The notes: a model not told the origin generated them from the letters alone. A stretch of DNA of 64,000 nucleotides from an uncultured Candidatus Saccharibacteria bacterium (GCA_964561155.1 CAZLOI010000001.1:366759-430758); one strand, 5' to 3'; shown: positions 21,580 to 31,746, counted from the first letter of the stretch. Made by a program: numbers and translations.

Positions 21580-22242
21580 TTAAGAAATATCTCTCAGTAA
21601 AATATTGATTTTAGTTAATCCTGCCTTGATATTAGCTGATCTTTTAACTCCCTTTAGAACTTTAACAATCTCTTCCATCTTAGTTCCACCAATCTTTCTT
21701 TCAACTGATTCTCTAAGCAACTGCTCTATAAACACAATTGTTTCCAATCTTGAGTTAGCTAATTTGTCTATTAGTTCTATTCTATCAGCAAAATTTAGAG
21801 AATAAAAGGAAGTAAAGTCAATTTTTTTCTCACTCTGCGTTTCTACAACTATGGTCCTTGAAAGTATTGTTTCTAGGAATCCTTCTACATTATTTGTTAC
21901 CAAAACTATCAATAACTGCTCGGAAGGCTCCTCCAATGTCTTGAGCAGATAGTTCTGAGCTTCGGTTGTGAGTTTTTCAGACGACCTTATTACAAGAAGT
22001 TTTATCCCTTCTGTTCGTAAAGTTAGTTCTTGTATTATGTCTCTAATCTCCTCTATTCCTATTGATGAGTCAGTATTTTCGATGATAATTTCTTTCTCTA
22101 CTTGCCTTAACTCGTAATGTAATTTATCTTTAAGTAAGTTTAGAATAGAACTGATCTCTATTGAGGCAGAATCAGATTTTATTATTACGGCTTGAAAATA
22201 CATAAAGATAGCTAAATGTACTATAATAACTAAAGTAAACAA
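21580..22242 (-). CDS. holB: DNA polymerase III delta-prime-like clamp-loader subunit, N-terminally short
   Basis: YLLKTLEEPSEQLLIVLVTNNVEGFLETILSRTIV matches the clamp-loader box VII/sensor-1 region (ANALLKTLEEPP...LLATLRSRC). No P-loop. The track start is a TTG at 22242; the first ATG is at 22203. Confidence 0.6.
   Translation of the reverse strand: MFTLVIIVHLAIFMYFQAVIIKSDSASIEISSILNLLKDKLHYELRQVEKEIIIENTDSSIGIEEIRDIIQELTLRTEGIKLLVIRSSEKLTTEAQNYLLKTLEEPSEQLLIVLVTNNVEGFLETILSRTIVVETQSEKKIDFTSFYSLNFADRIELIDKLANSRLETIVFIEQLLRESVERKIGGTKMEEIVKVLKGVKRSANIKAGLTKINILLRDIS
22222..22227 (+). promoter_or_regulatory. candidate -10 hexamer TATAAT upstream of pilB
   Basis: TATAAT is 22 nt upstream of the pilB ATG (22249), inside the very short divergent spacer shared with the holB-like gene. 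Confidence 0.25.
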
Positions 22243-22245
22243 AAT

Positions 22246-24030
22246 TTGATGAATCCAGCATTACCTAAATCACAAAACATAAGAGGTTTAAATTCAATCC
22301 TTGACGCCCTTTTGATCAAAGGTAAGATCACTCAAGATGATTATAACCTTATAAAGCTGGAATCTGTAAATAAGTCTGTAAGTGCTGATCAGATAATAAA
22401 AGAGAAGGCAATTGTTGATTCAGATGACATTGCGAAGCTCTACTCCGAAATGAAAGGTATCAGTTTTATAGACCTTTCCTCCATTGCAATCAATATAGAT
22501 GTCCTTCATAAATTAGAAAAAGAAGCTGCTAAAGCTTCTATGGCTATAGTATTCGAGGAACAGCCAAGTAGATTCAAAGTTGCAATGAGAGACCCTCTTG
22601 ATCTACAGAGAATCAAATATCTAGAGGCTATTCTAGGAAAGAAGATTGAGGTCTACTACGCCTCAGAAGATGATATTACTACTGTCTTGGAATCTAAGTA
22701 TGGTGCTCAGATAACAAAGGATGTTGATGAAGCGCTGGAACAAGTAGGAGGCGGTGATAATCTTCTAGATATTAATGCTCTACAGGAGAATGAAATAACA
22801 AAGGATCCTCAGAATGCTCCTATAATCAGGATCGTAAACATGATCCTAGACTATGGAATCAAGAATAAGGCATCTGATATTCACATTGAATCAAGAGAAA
22901 AGAAAGTTATAGTTAGGTTTAGAGTTAGAGGTATCCTAAGTGAAAAGCTAACTATTCCTAAGAAACTTCTTCCTGCAGTAGTATCAAGAATAAAGATTCT
23001 TTCAAACCTAAAGATAGACGAACATAGAGTTCCTCAGGATGGTAGGTTCCAAGTTAAGTTAGGTGAAGTGATTGTTGATATCAGAGTTTCAATAATGCCT
23101 AATATTTACGGTGAAAAGATTGTTATGAGGCTTCTTTCAAAGACTGAAAGTGTATTGAAGCTTGAAGAACTAGGAATGAGGGGAAGTAACTACCTAAGAA
23201 TGAGGGAGGCTCTAAAAAAGACTCAGGGTATAGTTATTGTGTCTGGACCTACAGGTTCTGGTAAGACACAGACTCTTGCTAGTTCACTAAAGATTTTGAA
23301 TACTCCTGAAGTTAATATAATGACACTTGAAGATCCTGTAGAAATTAGAGTTGATGGTGTTACGCAGGTACAGATTAATCCTGATGTAGGTCTAACTTTT
23401 GCCTCTGGATTACGATCTTTCTTAAGACAAGACCCGGATGTAATCATGGTTGGAGAAATTCGAGACTCAGAGACAGCAGGACTTGCTGTTCAATCAGCCC
23501 TAGTTGGTAGGTTGGTTCTCTCTACTTTACACACAAACAGTGCCTCAGGATCATTTGTGAGGCTTCTTGACATGGGTGTAGAACCGTTCCTGCTTTCATC
23601 TACAGTCAATGTAATATTGGGTCAGAGACTTGTTAGAGTTCTATGTGAATGTAAGCAACAAAAGGAAGCTACAGCTGAAGAAATGGCAGAATTGCATGGA
23701 GAACTAGATGTTCTTAACTCTTTTGATGTATTTAACCCTGATCATACAGTTAAGGTTCACTTCGACAAAGCAGTTAAGAAACTAATTATATACAAGCCAA
23801 AAGGCTGTCCAAAGTGTAATGATACTGGATATATCTCTAGAACTGGAATATTCGAGGCTTTGAAAATGAGTGAATCTATATCGAGAGCTGTTATTCAGAA
23901 GAAGACTATACAGGAAATCCAAGATCTTGCAATTTCAGAGGGAATGATTACAATGGTTCAAGATGGATACATTAAAGCTTTAGAAGGTATCACTACTTTA
24001 GAAGAAGTTATGAGAGTCAAAAATGAATAA
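22246..24030 (+). CDS. pilB: type IV pilus assembly ATPase PilB/GspE family
   Basis: N-terminal GSPII_E_N-like domain. Walker A VSGPTGSGKTQTL. Asp box TLEDPVEI. Walker B IMVGEIRD. His box LVLSTLHTN. Tetracysteine motif CECK...CPKC. The track start is TTG at 22246; the ATG is at 22249. Confidence 0.92.
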   Translation: MMNPALPKSQNIRGLNSILDALLIKGKITQDDYNLIKLESVNKSVSADQIIKEKAIVDSDDIAKLYSEMKGISFIDLSSIAINIDVLHKLEKEAAKASMAIVFEEQPSRFKVAMRDPLDLQRIKYLEAILGKKIEVYYASEDDITTVLESKYGAQITKDVDEALEQVGGGDNLLDINALQENEITKDPQNAPIIRIVNMILDYGIKNKASDIHIESREKKVIVRFRVRGILSEKLTIPKKLLPAVVSRIKILSNLKIDEHRVPQDGRFQVKLGEVIVDIRVSIMPNIYGEKIVMRLLSKTESVLKLEELGMRGSNYLRMREALKKTQGIVIVSGPTGSGKTQTLASSLKILNTPEVNIMTLEDPVEIRVDGVTQVQINPDVGLTFASGLRSFLRQDPDVIMVGEIRDSETAGLAVQSALVGRLVLSTLHTNSASGSFVRLLDMGVEPFLLSSTVNVILGQRLVRVLCECKQQKEATAEEMAELHGELDVLNSFDVFNPDHTVKVHFDKAVKKLIIYKPKGCPKCNDTGYISRTGIFEALKMSESISRAVIQKKTIQEIQDLAISEGMITMVQDGYIKALEGITTLEEVMRVKNE

Positions 24031-25156
24031 TCCTACGCAAGTAAAACAAGATCCAGAAGCAGTAAAGACATATACGTCTCCTGTTCAACAGGCAGATAGA
24101 GTTCTAGCACTTGATGATGTAATGACATTAGCAATACAGACAAAGGCTTCAGATATTCATATTACCGCTAACTACAAGCCAATCTTAAGGGTAAATGGAG
24201 TTCTGCAGCAGTTGAAGTATAGAGAGCTCTACCCAGAAGAAGTATTTAACTTCGCAAAGCAGATTCTCGCTAACAAGAAAGATATTGATTTTGATAATTT
24301 CTATCAGTTTGATACAACATACGTACTAAATGGACGAAGATTTAGAGTAAATATATTTAAACAAAGTGGTAACTACTCCATAGCTGCTAGAGTTATCTCT
24401 GATCAGATACCTCAGCTTGATATATTAGGTCTACCACCAGTTATAAAAGATTTCGCTAGATTCCCAAATGGATTGGTTCTACTAACAGGACCTACAGGAA
24501 GTGGTAAATCAACTACTCTAGCTTCTTTGATCAACTTAATAAATGTAACTGAAGCGAAACATGTAATAACTTTAGAGGATCCTATCGAATACATCTTCCC
24601 AAAAGGACAGTCCTTGATAGAGCAAAGAGAATATTTGAGCGACTTTGAGTCTTGGCCTAATGCCCTCAAAGCGGTCTTAAGACAAGATCCAAACATCGTT
24701 TTATTGGGCGAAATGAGAGATTCGGACACCATTGAATCTGCAATCAGAATAGCAGAAACTGGTCATTTGGTCTTCGCTACCCTGCACACGAATAGCGCAG
24801 CTCAAAGTATTGACCGTATAGTGGACATATTCCCTGGTGAAAAACAGGATCAAATCAAGGTTCAATTAGCTGCAGTTTTACAAGCTGTGGTATCACAGAA
24901 ACTTGTTAAGACAGTTCAAGGTAGTCAAAAGTTAGCTACAGAGGTTTTGATAGCAAACTCTGCTGTTAGAAACACAATTAGAGAGAGCAAGGGTTATCAA
25001 TTAGACAACATAATTCAAACAAGTAATGATCTTGGTATGCAAAGTCTAGAGAAGTCTCTTGTTAATCTTGTTAAGCAAGGTCACATTACTATGGAAACTG
25101 CACGTAATAATGCAAATAAGCCTGCAGATATAGAATCGTTATTAAATAGAAGCTAA
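24023..25156 (+). CDS. pilT: type IV pilus retraction ATPase PilT
   Basis: Walker A LLTGPTGSGKSTTL. TLEDPIEY. VLLGEMRD. FATLHTNSAAQSIDRIVD. 377 aa and lacks the Cys cluster, typical of PilT. Confidence 0.9.
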   Translation: MNNPTQVKQDPEAVKTYTSPVQQADRVLALDDVMTLAIQTKASDIHITANYKPILRVNGVLQQLKYRELYPEEVFNFAKQILANKKDIDFDNFYQFDTTYVLNGRRFRVNIFKQSGNYSIAARVISDQIPQLDILGLPPVIKDFARFPNGLVLLTGPTGSGKSTTLASLINLINVTEAKHVITLEDPIEYIFPKGQSLIEQREYLSDFESWPNALKAVLRQDPNIVLLGEMRDSDTIESAIRIAETGHLVFATLHTNSAAQSIDRIVDIFPGEKQDQIKVQLAAVLQAVVSQKLVKTVQGSQKLATEVLIANSAVRNTIRESKGYQLDNIIQTSNDLGMQSLEKSLVNLVKQGHITMETARNNANKPADIESLLNRS

Positions 25157-26388
25157 TGGCTGAATATAGATACATAGCATTAACAAACTCTGGTCAATCA
25201 GTTGAAGGTGTAAAAACCGCAGACTCAGAACAGGAGGTTATAGAGTCTCTAAAGTCTGGAGGATTAAACCCAGTATTAGTTGAAGAAAAGCTTACATTTA
25301 ATCTAAATAAAGCTTTCAATGTAGAAATTGGAGGTATCTCTCTTGCAGAGAAGGTTATATTCACAAAGCAGCTTTCTACAATGATTGGAGCTAATATCCC
25401 AATCGTACAAGCACTAGATATTTTGATACAGCAGACAGAGAAGACATCTATCAAAGAAAAATTTGTAAGAGTATATAAATCTGTAGAATCTGGAATAAGT
25501 TTGTCTGAAGCATTCAAAAAAGAAGGTGGGTTACTAAGTGAAGTACAGCTAAATCTTATGATGGCTGGTGAGAAATCAGGTAATCTTACTGAAATGATGC
25601 AGAAGATTGCAGATGACTTAGAGAAATCAAAGAAGTTGAAAGGAAAGGTAACAGGTGCTCTAATCTACCCTGCAATCATTATGGTTGTAATGGTTGGAGT
25701 AATGTTTGTGATGATAACCTTCATGGTTCCTCAGGTTAAACAACTCTACACTTCTCTTGGAGAAGATGAGCTTCCATTCATTACACAATTCTTGGTTACA
25801 ATCGGTGAATCATTTGGAAGGATCGAAACTATAATTATAATGATTATTCTTGGTGTTTCTGCGTATGCAGGGTATCGATACTACAATGGTACTCCAGCAG
25901 GAAGACTTAGAATCGATAGTTTCAAGCTACGAATCCCAGTATTTGGTAACTTATCTAGAAAGGTTGAAGTTGCAGAATTCTGTAGAATTATGTCCATGCT
26001 TCTAGGAAGCGGTATTCCTGTTATCGATGCTATGGATATTACAGGTAAAGCGATAGGTAATTCGATATTTAGAGAAATTGTGCTTAAGACAAAAGAAGAC
26101 GTTACTCTAGGTAATTCAATTTCTATTGGAATGGCGAAATATAATAAGAAGAATGGCTTCCCTCCTATCTTAATTAGAATGCTCGCTACTGCAGAAGAAT
26201 CCGGTAAGGTTGGATTTGTACTTGATGATCTTTCTAAGTTCTATCAAGAAGAAGTTGATCAAATAGCTGGTAATCTTTCGAAGTTAGTTGAACCTATTAT
26301 ATTAGTTGTAGTAGGACTAATGGTTGGTTTCTTGGCTGTTGCGATATATTTGCCAATCTATCAGGTTGGACAAATTGTTGGTCAATAA
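25156..26388 (+). CDS. pilC: type IV pilus inner-membrane platform protein PilC/GspF
   Basis: Two repeated GspF domains, each followed by TM helices (QLSTMIGANIPIVQAL...; RIMSMLLGSGIPVIDAM...). 410 aa. Confidence 0.88.
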   Translation: MAEYRYIALTNSGQSVEGVKTADSEQEVIESLKSGGLNPVLVEEKLTFNLNKAFNVEIGGISLAEKVIFTKQLSTMIGANIPIVQALDILIQQTEKTSIKEKFVRVYKSVESGISLSEAFKKEGGLLSEVQLNLMMAGEKSGNLTEMMQKIADDLEKSKKLKGKVTGALIYPAIIMVVMVGVMFVMITFMVPQVKQLYTSLGEDELPFITQFLVTIGESFGRIETIIIMIILGVSAYAGYRYYNGTPAGRLRIDSFKLRIPVFGNLSRKVEVAEFCRIMSMLLGSGIPVIDAMDITGKAIGNSIFREIVLKTKEDVTLGNSISIGMAKYNKKNGFPPILIRMLATAEESGKVGFVLDDLSKFYQEEVDQIAGNLSKLVEPIILVVVGLMVGFLAVAIYLPIYQVGQIVGQ

Positions 26389-26480
26389 TTTGTTGCTTCA
26401 AATTCTTTATCTCCCTATTGTACTTTACTTTTGATTCAATTAAACTGGATTTATATCTTATTTTTTATCTTAATTAGAAT

Positions 26481-26927
26481 ATGCATAAACAAAAAAATGC
26501 ATTCACACTAATAGAGTTGATGGTAGCTATGGGTATCATCGGTGTATTAGTAACTCTTTCTCTTTTGGGCATTACAATTGTTCAGAGATCATTAAGAGAT
26601 ACTCAGAGAAGAGACGCTGCAAGTGCTGTAAGGTTAGCTATAGAAAGTTTCTATACAGGTAGTGCTGTTTATCCATCTAGTCTTTCACAGGCTTCAGCTG
26701 GAACAGTTATGAACATAGGAACTTCTTCTGTTGCTCTTAACGGACCTGCAAAGGGTTGTCCAACAGCTACATTAACTGTAACTGGTGAATGTACTATTTA
26801 CTGTTATGTTTCAAACTCTCCAAACAGCGTTTACGCATTTGGTGCTCAACTAGAGGGTGGTTTGCAACAGTTCGGTAACTCAGGAAGTTCTTGTAGTATT
26901 ACAACTAACAGAGTTCCATACAACTAA
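26481..26927 (+). CDS. pilA: type IV pilin (class III signal peptide), candidate major pilin
   Basis: MHKQKNA/FTLIELMVAMGIIGVL has the prepilin leader with Glu+5. Ala rather than Gly at -1. 148 aa. First pilin after pilC and preceded by a 92-bp AT-rich spacer. Confidence 0.75.
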   Translation: MHKQKNAFTLIELMVAMGIIGVLVTLSLLGITIVQRSLRDTQRRDAASAVRLAIESFYTGSAVYPSSLSQASAGTVMNIGTSSVALNGPAKGCPTATLTVTGECTIYCYVSNSPNSVYAFGAQLEGGLQQFGNSGSSCSITTNRVPYN

Positions 26928-26930
26928 TAT

Positions 26931-27329
26931 ATGAAAGGATTTTCTTTAATAGAAATTCTGATCTTTATGGGAGTAGCAGCATTATTGCTGCTACTTTCCA
27001 TTACAGGTCTACAGATACTAAGTAAGAACAGCAGAGATAGCGAGCGAGTTTCGATTGCTGGAGAAATGAATAATCTAATTAACAAGTTTAGGAGAGAGAA
27101 ATTGAAATACCCATCTAATATTGAAGTATCCCTTCAGACGAGCCTGTTTTCAATAACGGGAATGACTGATAGTATAGCTTTGAATGGACATTTAAGATCA
27201 GAATCAACTACCACAAATGGTGGAACTAAATATATTTATACTTATGTAAGCTCTTCTGAATATCAGTTGTGTGTTGCCCTAGAGTCTGGTACATACAAGG
27301 GATTCGGGACTGCAGCTTGTCCGAATTAG
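26931..27329 (+). CDS. type IV pilin-like protein
   Basis: MKG/FSLIEILIFMGVAALL has Gly-1, Phe+1 and Glu+5. 132 aa. Confidence 0.75.
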   Translation: MKGFSLIEILIFMGVAALLLLLSITGLQILSKNSRDSERVSIAGEMNNLINKFRREKLKYPSNIEVSLQTSLFSITGMTDSIALNGHLRSESTTTNGGTKYIYTYVSSSEYQLCVALESGTYKGFGTAACPN

Positions 27330-27332
27330 ACT

Positions 27333-28061
27333 ATGACCGAATTCTTTGTATCCATAATCTTTGGCTTTCTAACCCTTATCCTCTGCACTATTGCTTCGAA
27401 GATAATACATGGAGAAAGACTTCAATTTAGTACAAAAATGAATGCGAAGGATATCTTGGGTAGCTTTGTTTACTTTGGTTCTGGTTCATTATTTGTCTTT
27501 CATCTGTTCTTTATAAATGCGAGAGAGGAAATCTGGATCTATCTACCTATATATTTAATAGTATTTGTAGGACTTCTCTACTTAGCAATATGGGATATCC
27601 AAACATTAACTATTCCATCTAACTTCACAAACTTATTCTTGTTATTTGTAGTGTTGATAAACTTCGTTGTAGGGCTTTCAAGCTACTTAGAGTATCGAAA
27701 TGGTGGAGTTAATACCTTATCTTCGCTACCAATAGGAACACTTGGAAATATCTTAGGAGGTTTAGGTTTAGGAGGTATTATTTTTCTTCTACATAGATTC
27801 ACAAAAGGTAAGGGTATAGGGGATGGTGATATTTATATCTATGCAGCAGTTGGTTTTGCGCTAGGTATCCCTATGACTCTTGGATTTCTAATAATATCGT
27901 CGTTAGTTGGAGGGTTTGTAGCTCTTGTCCTAATATTGATATACTGGAAGGAGAGGCAAAAGGTTCTACAGACAAGGATCCCTCTACTCCCAATTATTCT
28001 TGTAGGGTATGTCTTAACCCTGTTACTACAAAATCACATATATTTAATTTGGGGTCTATGA
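27333..28061 (+). CDS. pilD: prepilin peptidase (A24 family)
   Basis: 8 TM helices. Catalytic Asp blocks LAIWDIQTLTIP and GIGDGDIYIYAAVGFALG (compare GGGDVKL). No N-terminal Zn-finger/methyltransferase extension. Confidence 0.8.
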   Translation: MTEFFVSIIFGFLTLILCTIASKIIHGERLQFSTKMNAKDILGSFVYFGSGSLFVFHLFFINAREEIWIYLPIYLIVFVGLLYLAIWDIQTLTIPSNFTNLFLLFVVLINFVVGLSSYLEYRNGGVNTLSSLPIGTLGNILGGLGLGGIIFLLHRFTKGKGIGDGDIYIYAAVGFALGIPMTLGFLIISSLVGGFVALVLILIYWKERQKVLQTRIPLLPIILVGYVLTLLLQNHIYLIWGL

Positions 28062-28570
28062 AAGCATTTACGTTAATAGAATTGATGCTGATGCTAGGAG
28101 TAATAGCTTTAACGCTAGCCTTAAGTATCATTGGTTTAACCAGATTTAGAGCTAGTATTGAATTAAATACTACATATACAAACGTAGTCTCTTTTATAAG
28201 TGAGATCAAGAACAAATCTACTAACGCTTTTGGAACAACAACTGGTGGTGTTCTTAACCCAGTAGATTTATTCACAGTCTCATTTAACTCAGGTGCAGTT
28301 TCAGCCCTTGATTGTGATGGTAACTTTGATTTCACTTCATATTCTTGTGTAGCTTCAACAGAGCAATCTGTTAATACAGGAAGTGTTGCGGTATCAATCA
28401 CAGGATGCGACAACAGAATTGGTTTCAAAAGACTAACAGGAGATCTTGTAGCATTGAACGTAAATGGTGCTATTCAATCAAGTGGAGTTTGCACAGTGCA
28501 GCTTCAACATTCGTTTACAAACGAACTCAAAACAATTACTATAGACTTAGTTAAGAATACGTATAAATAA
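28049..28570 (+). CDS. type IV pilin-like protein
   Basis: MGSMKA/FTLIELMLMLGVIAL leader with Ala-1 and Glu+5. 173 aa. Several Cys residues in the C-terminal half. Confidence 0.72.
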   Translation: MGSMKAFTLIELMLMLGVIALTLALSIIGLTRFRASIELNTTYTNVVSFISEIKNKSTNAFGTTTGGVLNPVDLFTVSFNSGAVSALDCDGNFDFTSYSCVASTEQSVNTGSVAVSITGCDNRIGFKRLTGDLVALNVNGAIQSSGVCTVQLQHSFTNELKTITIDLVKNTYK

Positions 28571-28571
28571 C

Positions 28572-29282
28572 ATGAAGAAGATTGTAACGAAGAATGCATC
28601 GGGTTTGGTAGAAGCACTAATAGTTATGGCGATTATCGGTACTACTCTAGTTTCTTCAATGCTTCTAGTATCACAAGGTTTTATAGAGGTAAGGAATAAT
28701 CAAACTGAAGATACTATTAATGGTGTGTTGGTACAGGTATTGAACAAGGTAAAGAATTCTAATTCGTTAGCGATATCTTTAAGCGAGTACAATACAATTA
28801 CAAATACATCTGAAAGGCACTTTTATCTTCTACCTAATGATGGTTTGAAGTTAGATACAACTCAGTCTCCAAGTACAGCTATAACTACATGCGATGAGGA
28901 TAGCGTATATAACATCGTTGTAAGTCAGGCAATTGTCACCTCGATAGTTCAGAACCTATGTGTTCAAGTAACTATCAAGAAGGTTACAGCAGGTAACAAC
29001 GAAAGATTCACAGGTTCAATTAACTATGTATATCAAATAAACGAAGAAGTTGTTGTATCTAAGTTAAATTTTGCAAAGTACAGTGAATTTGATGTATCTG
29101 GTTTGGCAGAAGGGACATCATCTGGAACTTCTGGTACAGCTGGTCCAACAGGAGGATCTGCAACAAGTACTACCACTACAACAAATACAACAGGGGATCG
29201 TACTGTAGGTGGCCCTGCATCAGTTGTTGGAGGATCAACAGATGATAATAATTCAGTAACAGGAGGGTCGGTTTCATTCTAA
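28572..29282 (+). CDS. minor pilin-like protein with Ser/Thr/Gly-rich C-terminal tail
   Basis: MKKIVTKNASG/LVEALIVMAIIGTT leader. The last 60 aa are low-complexity (TSSGTSGTAGPTGGSATSTTTTTNTTG...GGSTDDNNSVTGGS). Confidence 0.7.
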   Translation: MKKIVTKNASGLVEALIVMAIIGTTLVSSMLLVSQGFIEVRNNQTEDTINGVLVQVLNKVKNSNSLAISLSEYNTITNTSERHFYLLPNDGLKLDTTQSPSTAITTCDEDSVYNIVVSQAIVTSIVQNLCVQVTIKKVTAGNNERFTGSINYVYQINEEVVVSKLNFAKYSEFDVSGLAEGTSSGTSGTAGPTGGSATSTTTTTNTTGDRTVGGPASVVGGSTDDNNSVTGGSVSF

Positions 29283-29767
29283 TGAAAACTATAAAGAAAT
29301 ATAAAGCATATTCGTTGGTGGAAGTCATAGTTACCTTAGGTATTATAGGTATCTTGATAGTCATGCTTTTTAATGTGATTCTACTAGCCCTAAGATCCAA
29401 CACTATTATTGCAGGAAGGAGTTACGTTAGAGAGCAAACATCATCAGTATTAAGTCAGATATCTAGAGAGATTCGAAATGCTGAAGAGGTTGAAAATTGT
29501 GCAGCAGGTTCCTGTGAATTTAGGCTTAATGGAAAGGATATTAAATGGGAATCATGTGGACTTAGCATTTGTAGGTATGAGAACGCACAGCTTTCCTTAC
29601 AAACTTCTGATACAATAAACATGAACTCACTGGTATTCGATGTGTATCCTGGAGTAAACCAAAATTCAGTAGTTCTAGTAACAATAACTGCTGGACATTC
29701 AAATCCTACATTGAATATAACGAGTGTAATAAATCAAATCTCAACAACAACTAGAAACTATGAATAG
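29282..29767 (+). CDS. minor pilin-like protein (PilV/PilW-like)
   Basis: MKTIKKYKA/YSLVEVIVTLGIIGIL leader with Glu+5 and Ala-1. 161 aa. Confidence 0.7.
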   Translation: MKTIKKYKAYSLVEVIVTLGIIGILIVMLFNVILLALRSNTIIAGRSYVREQTSSVLSQISREIRNAEEVENCAAGSCEFRLNGKDIKWESCGLSICRYENAQLSLQTSDTINMNSLVFDVYPGVNQNSVVLVTITAGHSNPTLNITSVINQISTTTRNYE

Positions 29768-30692
29768 GATGTATAAAGGACAAATACTGATAATAACGTT
29801 ACTAACACTAACAATTGTAGGAGTTCTAGTAACGACTATAGTTGTTGTAACTAGAAGAGACTTTAACCAGAGTGCCAATACAGAGAAATACGAGAGACTA
29901 TACAATACTGCAGATAACAATCTACAGAAGGTACTAGCTGATTACGCCTCTCCAACAGCTAATTTATCAACACTTGCTGCTTCTCAGTTACCAAATGGTA
30001 CATGCACAACATTGGTAAATCTAAACTACTATAAATGTACGTATTCAAATCAGGAGTTAACAGGGGGTTTTGTTTCTACAACTACTCTATTCGTTGAAAA
30101 CAAGAAAGAGATTAACGACTATGTACTTAAAAAAGATGCTGCCCTTATTCTAGATATATCTGGATATTTAGGTGGATTCTCTTTTCAATGGGACAGACCT
30201 AATGTAGCTTTGGAAGTAGGTATAGTTTTCTCGAATAACTTACCAAATGGAAGGCTTAATATAACAAGAGATATTTATGACAGGAATGGGACAAAAGTAA
30301 TAGATTCTCAGGCACAACCAGGATTTACAAACTTATTTCCGTTTATTCAAGACGCAGCAGATCCTACAAGAGGATTCTTTTTGGACATATCAGATGTATT
30401 CAATACACCAGGGGCAGTACCAGGTTATATAAATGCAAATCCATACTCTCCTTTCTATCTTGTTATTATCCCTAGATCTGACACAGCAAATGATGAAATC
30501 ATTCTAGATGTGACTCCTGACAACCCATCCGGATTAAAAGCACAGGTTCGGGAATTTAGATCTTTAGGTGAAGACTTACAAGATTCAACTGGTCCAAAAG
30601 CAAGTTTGATAACTCGTGTCCCATTGTTGCCAGAAATTCCTGCTGCAATATTGAATGGTATAACTACAAGTGGTAACCTAGTATTACAGTAA
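29760..30692 (+). CDS. PilX-like minor pilin / pilus tip-associated protein
   Basis: N-terminus KGQILIITLLTLTIVGVLVTTIVVVTRRDFNQSAN matches the PilX_N pattern (G.aLivaL.lL.vl....a...tr.e.q.a.N). No Glu+5. 310 aa. Confidence 0.6.
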   Translation: MNRMYKGQILIITLLTLTIVGVLVTTIVVVTRRDFNQSANTEKYERLYNTADNNLQKVLADYASPTANLSTLAASQLPNGTCTTLVNLNYYKCTYSNQELTGGFVSTTTLFVENKKEINDYVLKKDAALILDISGYLGGFSFQWDRPNVALEVGIVFSNNLPNGRLNITRDIYDRNGTKVIDSQAQPGFTNLFPFIQDAADPTRGFFLDISDVFNTPGAVPGYINANPYSPFYLVIIPRSDTANDEIILDVTPDNPSGLKAQVREFRSLGEDLQDSTGPKASLITRVPLLPEIPAAILNGITTSGNLVLQ

Positions 30693-30702
30693 AATTTTTT
30701 AT

Positions 30703-31746
30703 ATGGCAAATCTACCAGAATTCATAGGAATAAATATAGGTAATTACAGCATTAAGGCTGTAGAGCTTGCTCTTGCAGGTAATAAGTCATTCGAATTAGT
30801 AACGCTAGGTAAGGTTCCCTCTGCAACAGGAACTATAGAAAATATTAGTGTAGGAAATATTTCTGGACCGATATCAGATCTACAAAAGCTTATTAGAGAC
30901 ACAGGTTTTAAGACAAAGAACGTAGTGTTCTCAGTTCCTGAATCATTAGTCTTTTCAAGACTGATTACTATTCCAAAGGTAAAGGATGAAGAAGTTGATA
31001 ATGCAATTAACTTTGCTATGCGAAATCTTATTCCTGTTCCTTTAGAAAATCTTAATATTGCTTACGTATTCATAGAAGAGCGAAAAACTGATACCAATAT
31101 CTTCACTAGTTGGTATGTAGTAGGTATTCAGAAGAATCTTTCAGATAGATTTAAGGAGCTAGCAAGAGGTGCAGGCCTTAACCTATTAGCAATTGAAACA
31201 GAAGCAGTAGCGATTATTAGAAATATTAACTATAACTACTCAGATACAGTTAAGAAGAACTATCTAGTACTAGACTTAGGAGGTGAGTACTCGAATCTAA
31301 TAATATCTAGAAATGGTGCAGTACTCTACTCACAGAATATCTCAACTGGCTCAAATGCTATGACAAAAATTATAGCTACAGACCTTTCAGTAGATATTGC
31401 TCAAGCAGAAGCTTACAAAGAGAAAATTGGTTTGGACTTTACTCTTGGAGGAGGAAAGGTTTCAAAGACAATTGAGCCAATAGTTCAAATTATCGTGTCC
31501 GAAATTCTACGAACCGTATCATACTACAGCGACCGAATCGGAGGTGAACCTTTGTCCGAATTGTATATTACAGGTGGAGGCGGTGCTCTTCCAAAGCTAA
31601 CTCAATACTTAAGTGAGAAAACTAACTTGAAAGTATCTTTAGTTGAAAACTTCAAGAAAATTAAGGTAAAGGGTGAACTTAAAGCAAATCAATTGAGCTT
31701 TAACGTATCTACTGGCTTAGCACTTAAAAATTTAGAACTAATCTAA
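30703..31746 (+). CDS. pilM: type IV pilus assembly protein PilM (actin-like ATPase fold)
   Basis: FIGINIGNYSIKAVEL start. ASKHA-like second half (LVLDLGGEYSNLIISRNG; YITGGGGALPKL). Confidence 0.8.
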   Translation: MANLPEFIGINIGNYSIKAVELALAGNKSFELVTLGKVPSATGTIENISVGNISGPISDLQKLIRDTGFKTKNVVFSVPESLVFSRLITIPKVKDEEVDNAINFAMRNLIPVPLENLNIAYVFIEERKTDTNIFTSWYVVGIQKNLSDRFKELARGAGLNLLAIETEAVAIIRNINYNYSDTVKKNYLVLDLGGEYSNLIISRNGAVLYSQNISTGSNAMTKIIATDLSVDIAQAEAYKEKIGLDFTLGGGKVSKTIEPIVQIIVSEILRTVSYYSDRIGGEPLSELYITGGGGALPKLTQYLSEKTNLKVSLVENFKKIKVKGELKANQLSFNVSTGLALKNLELI

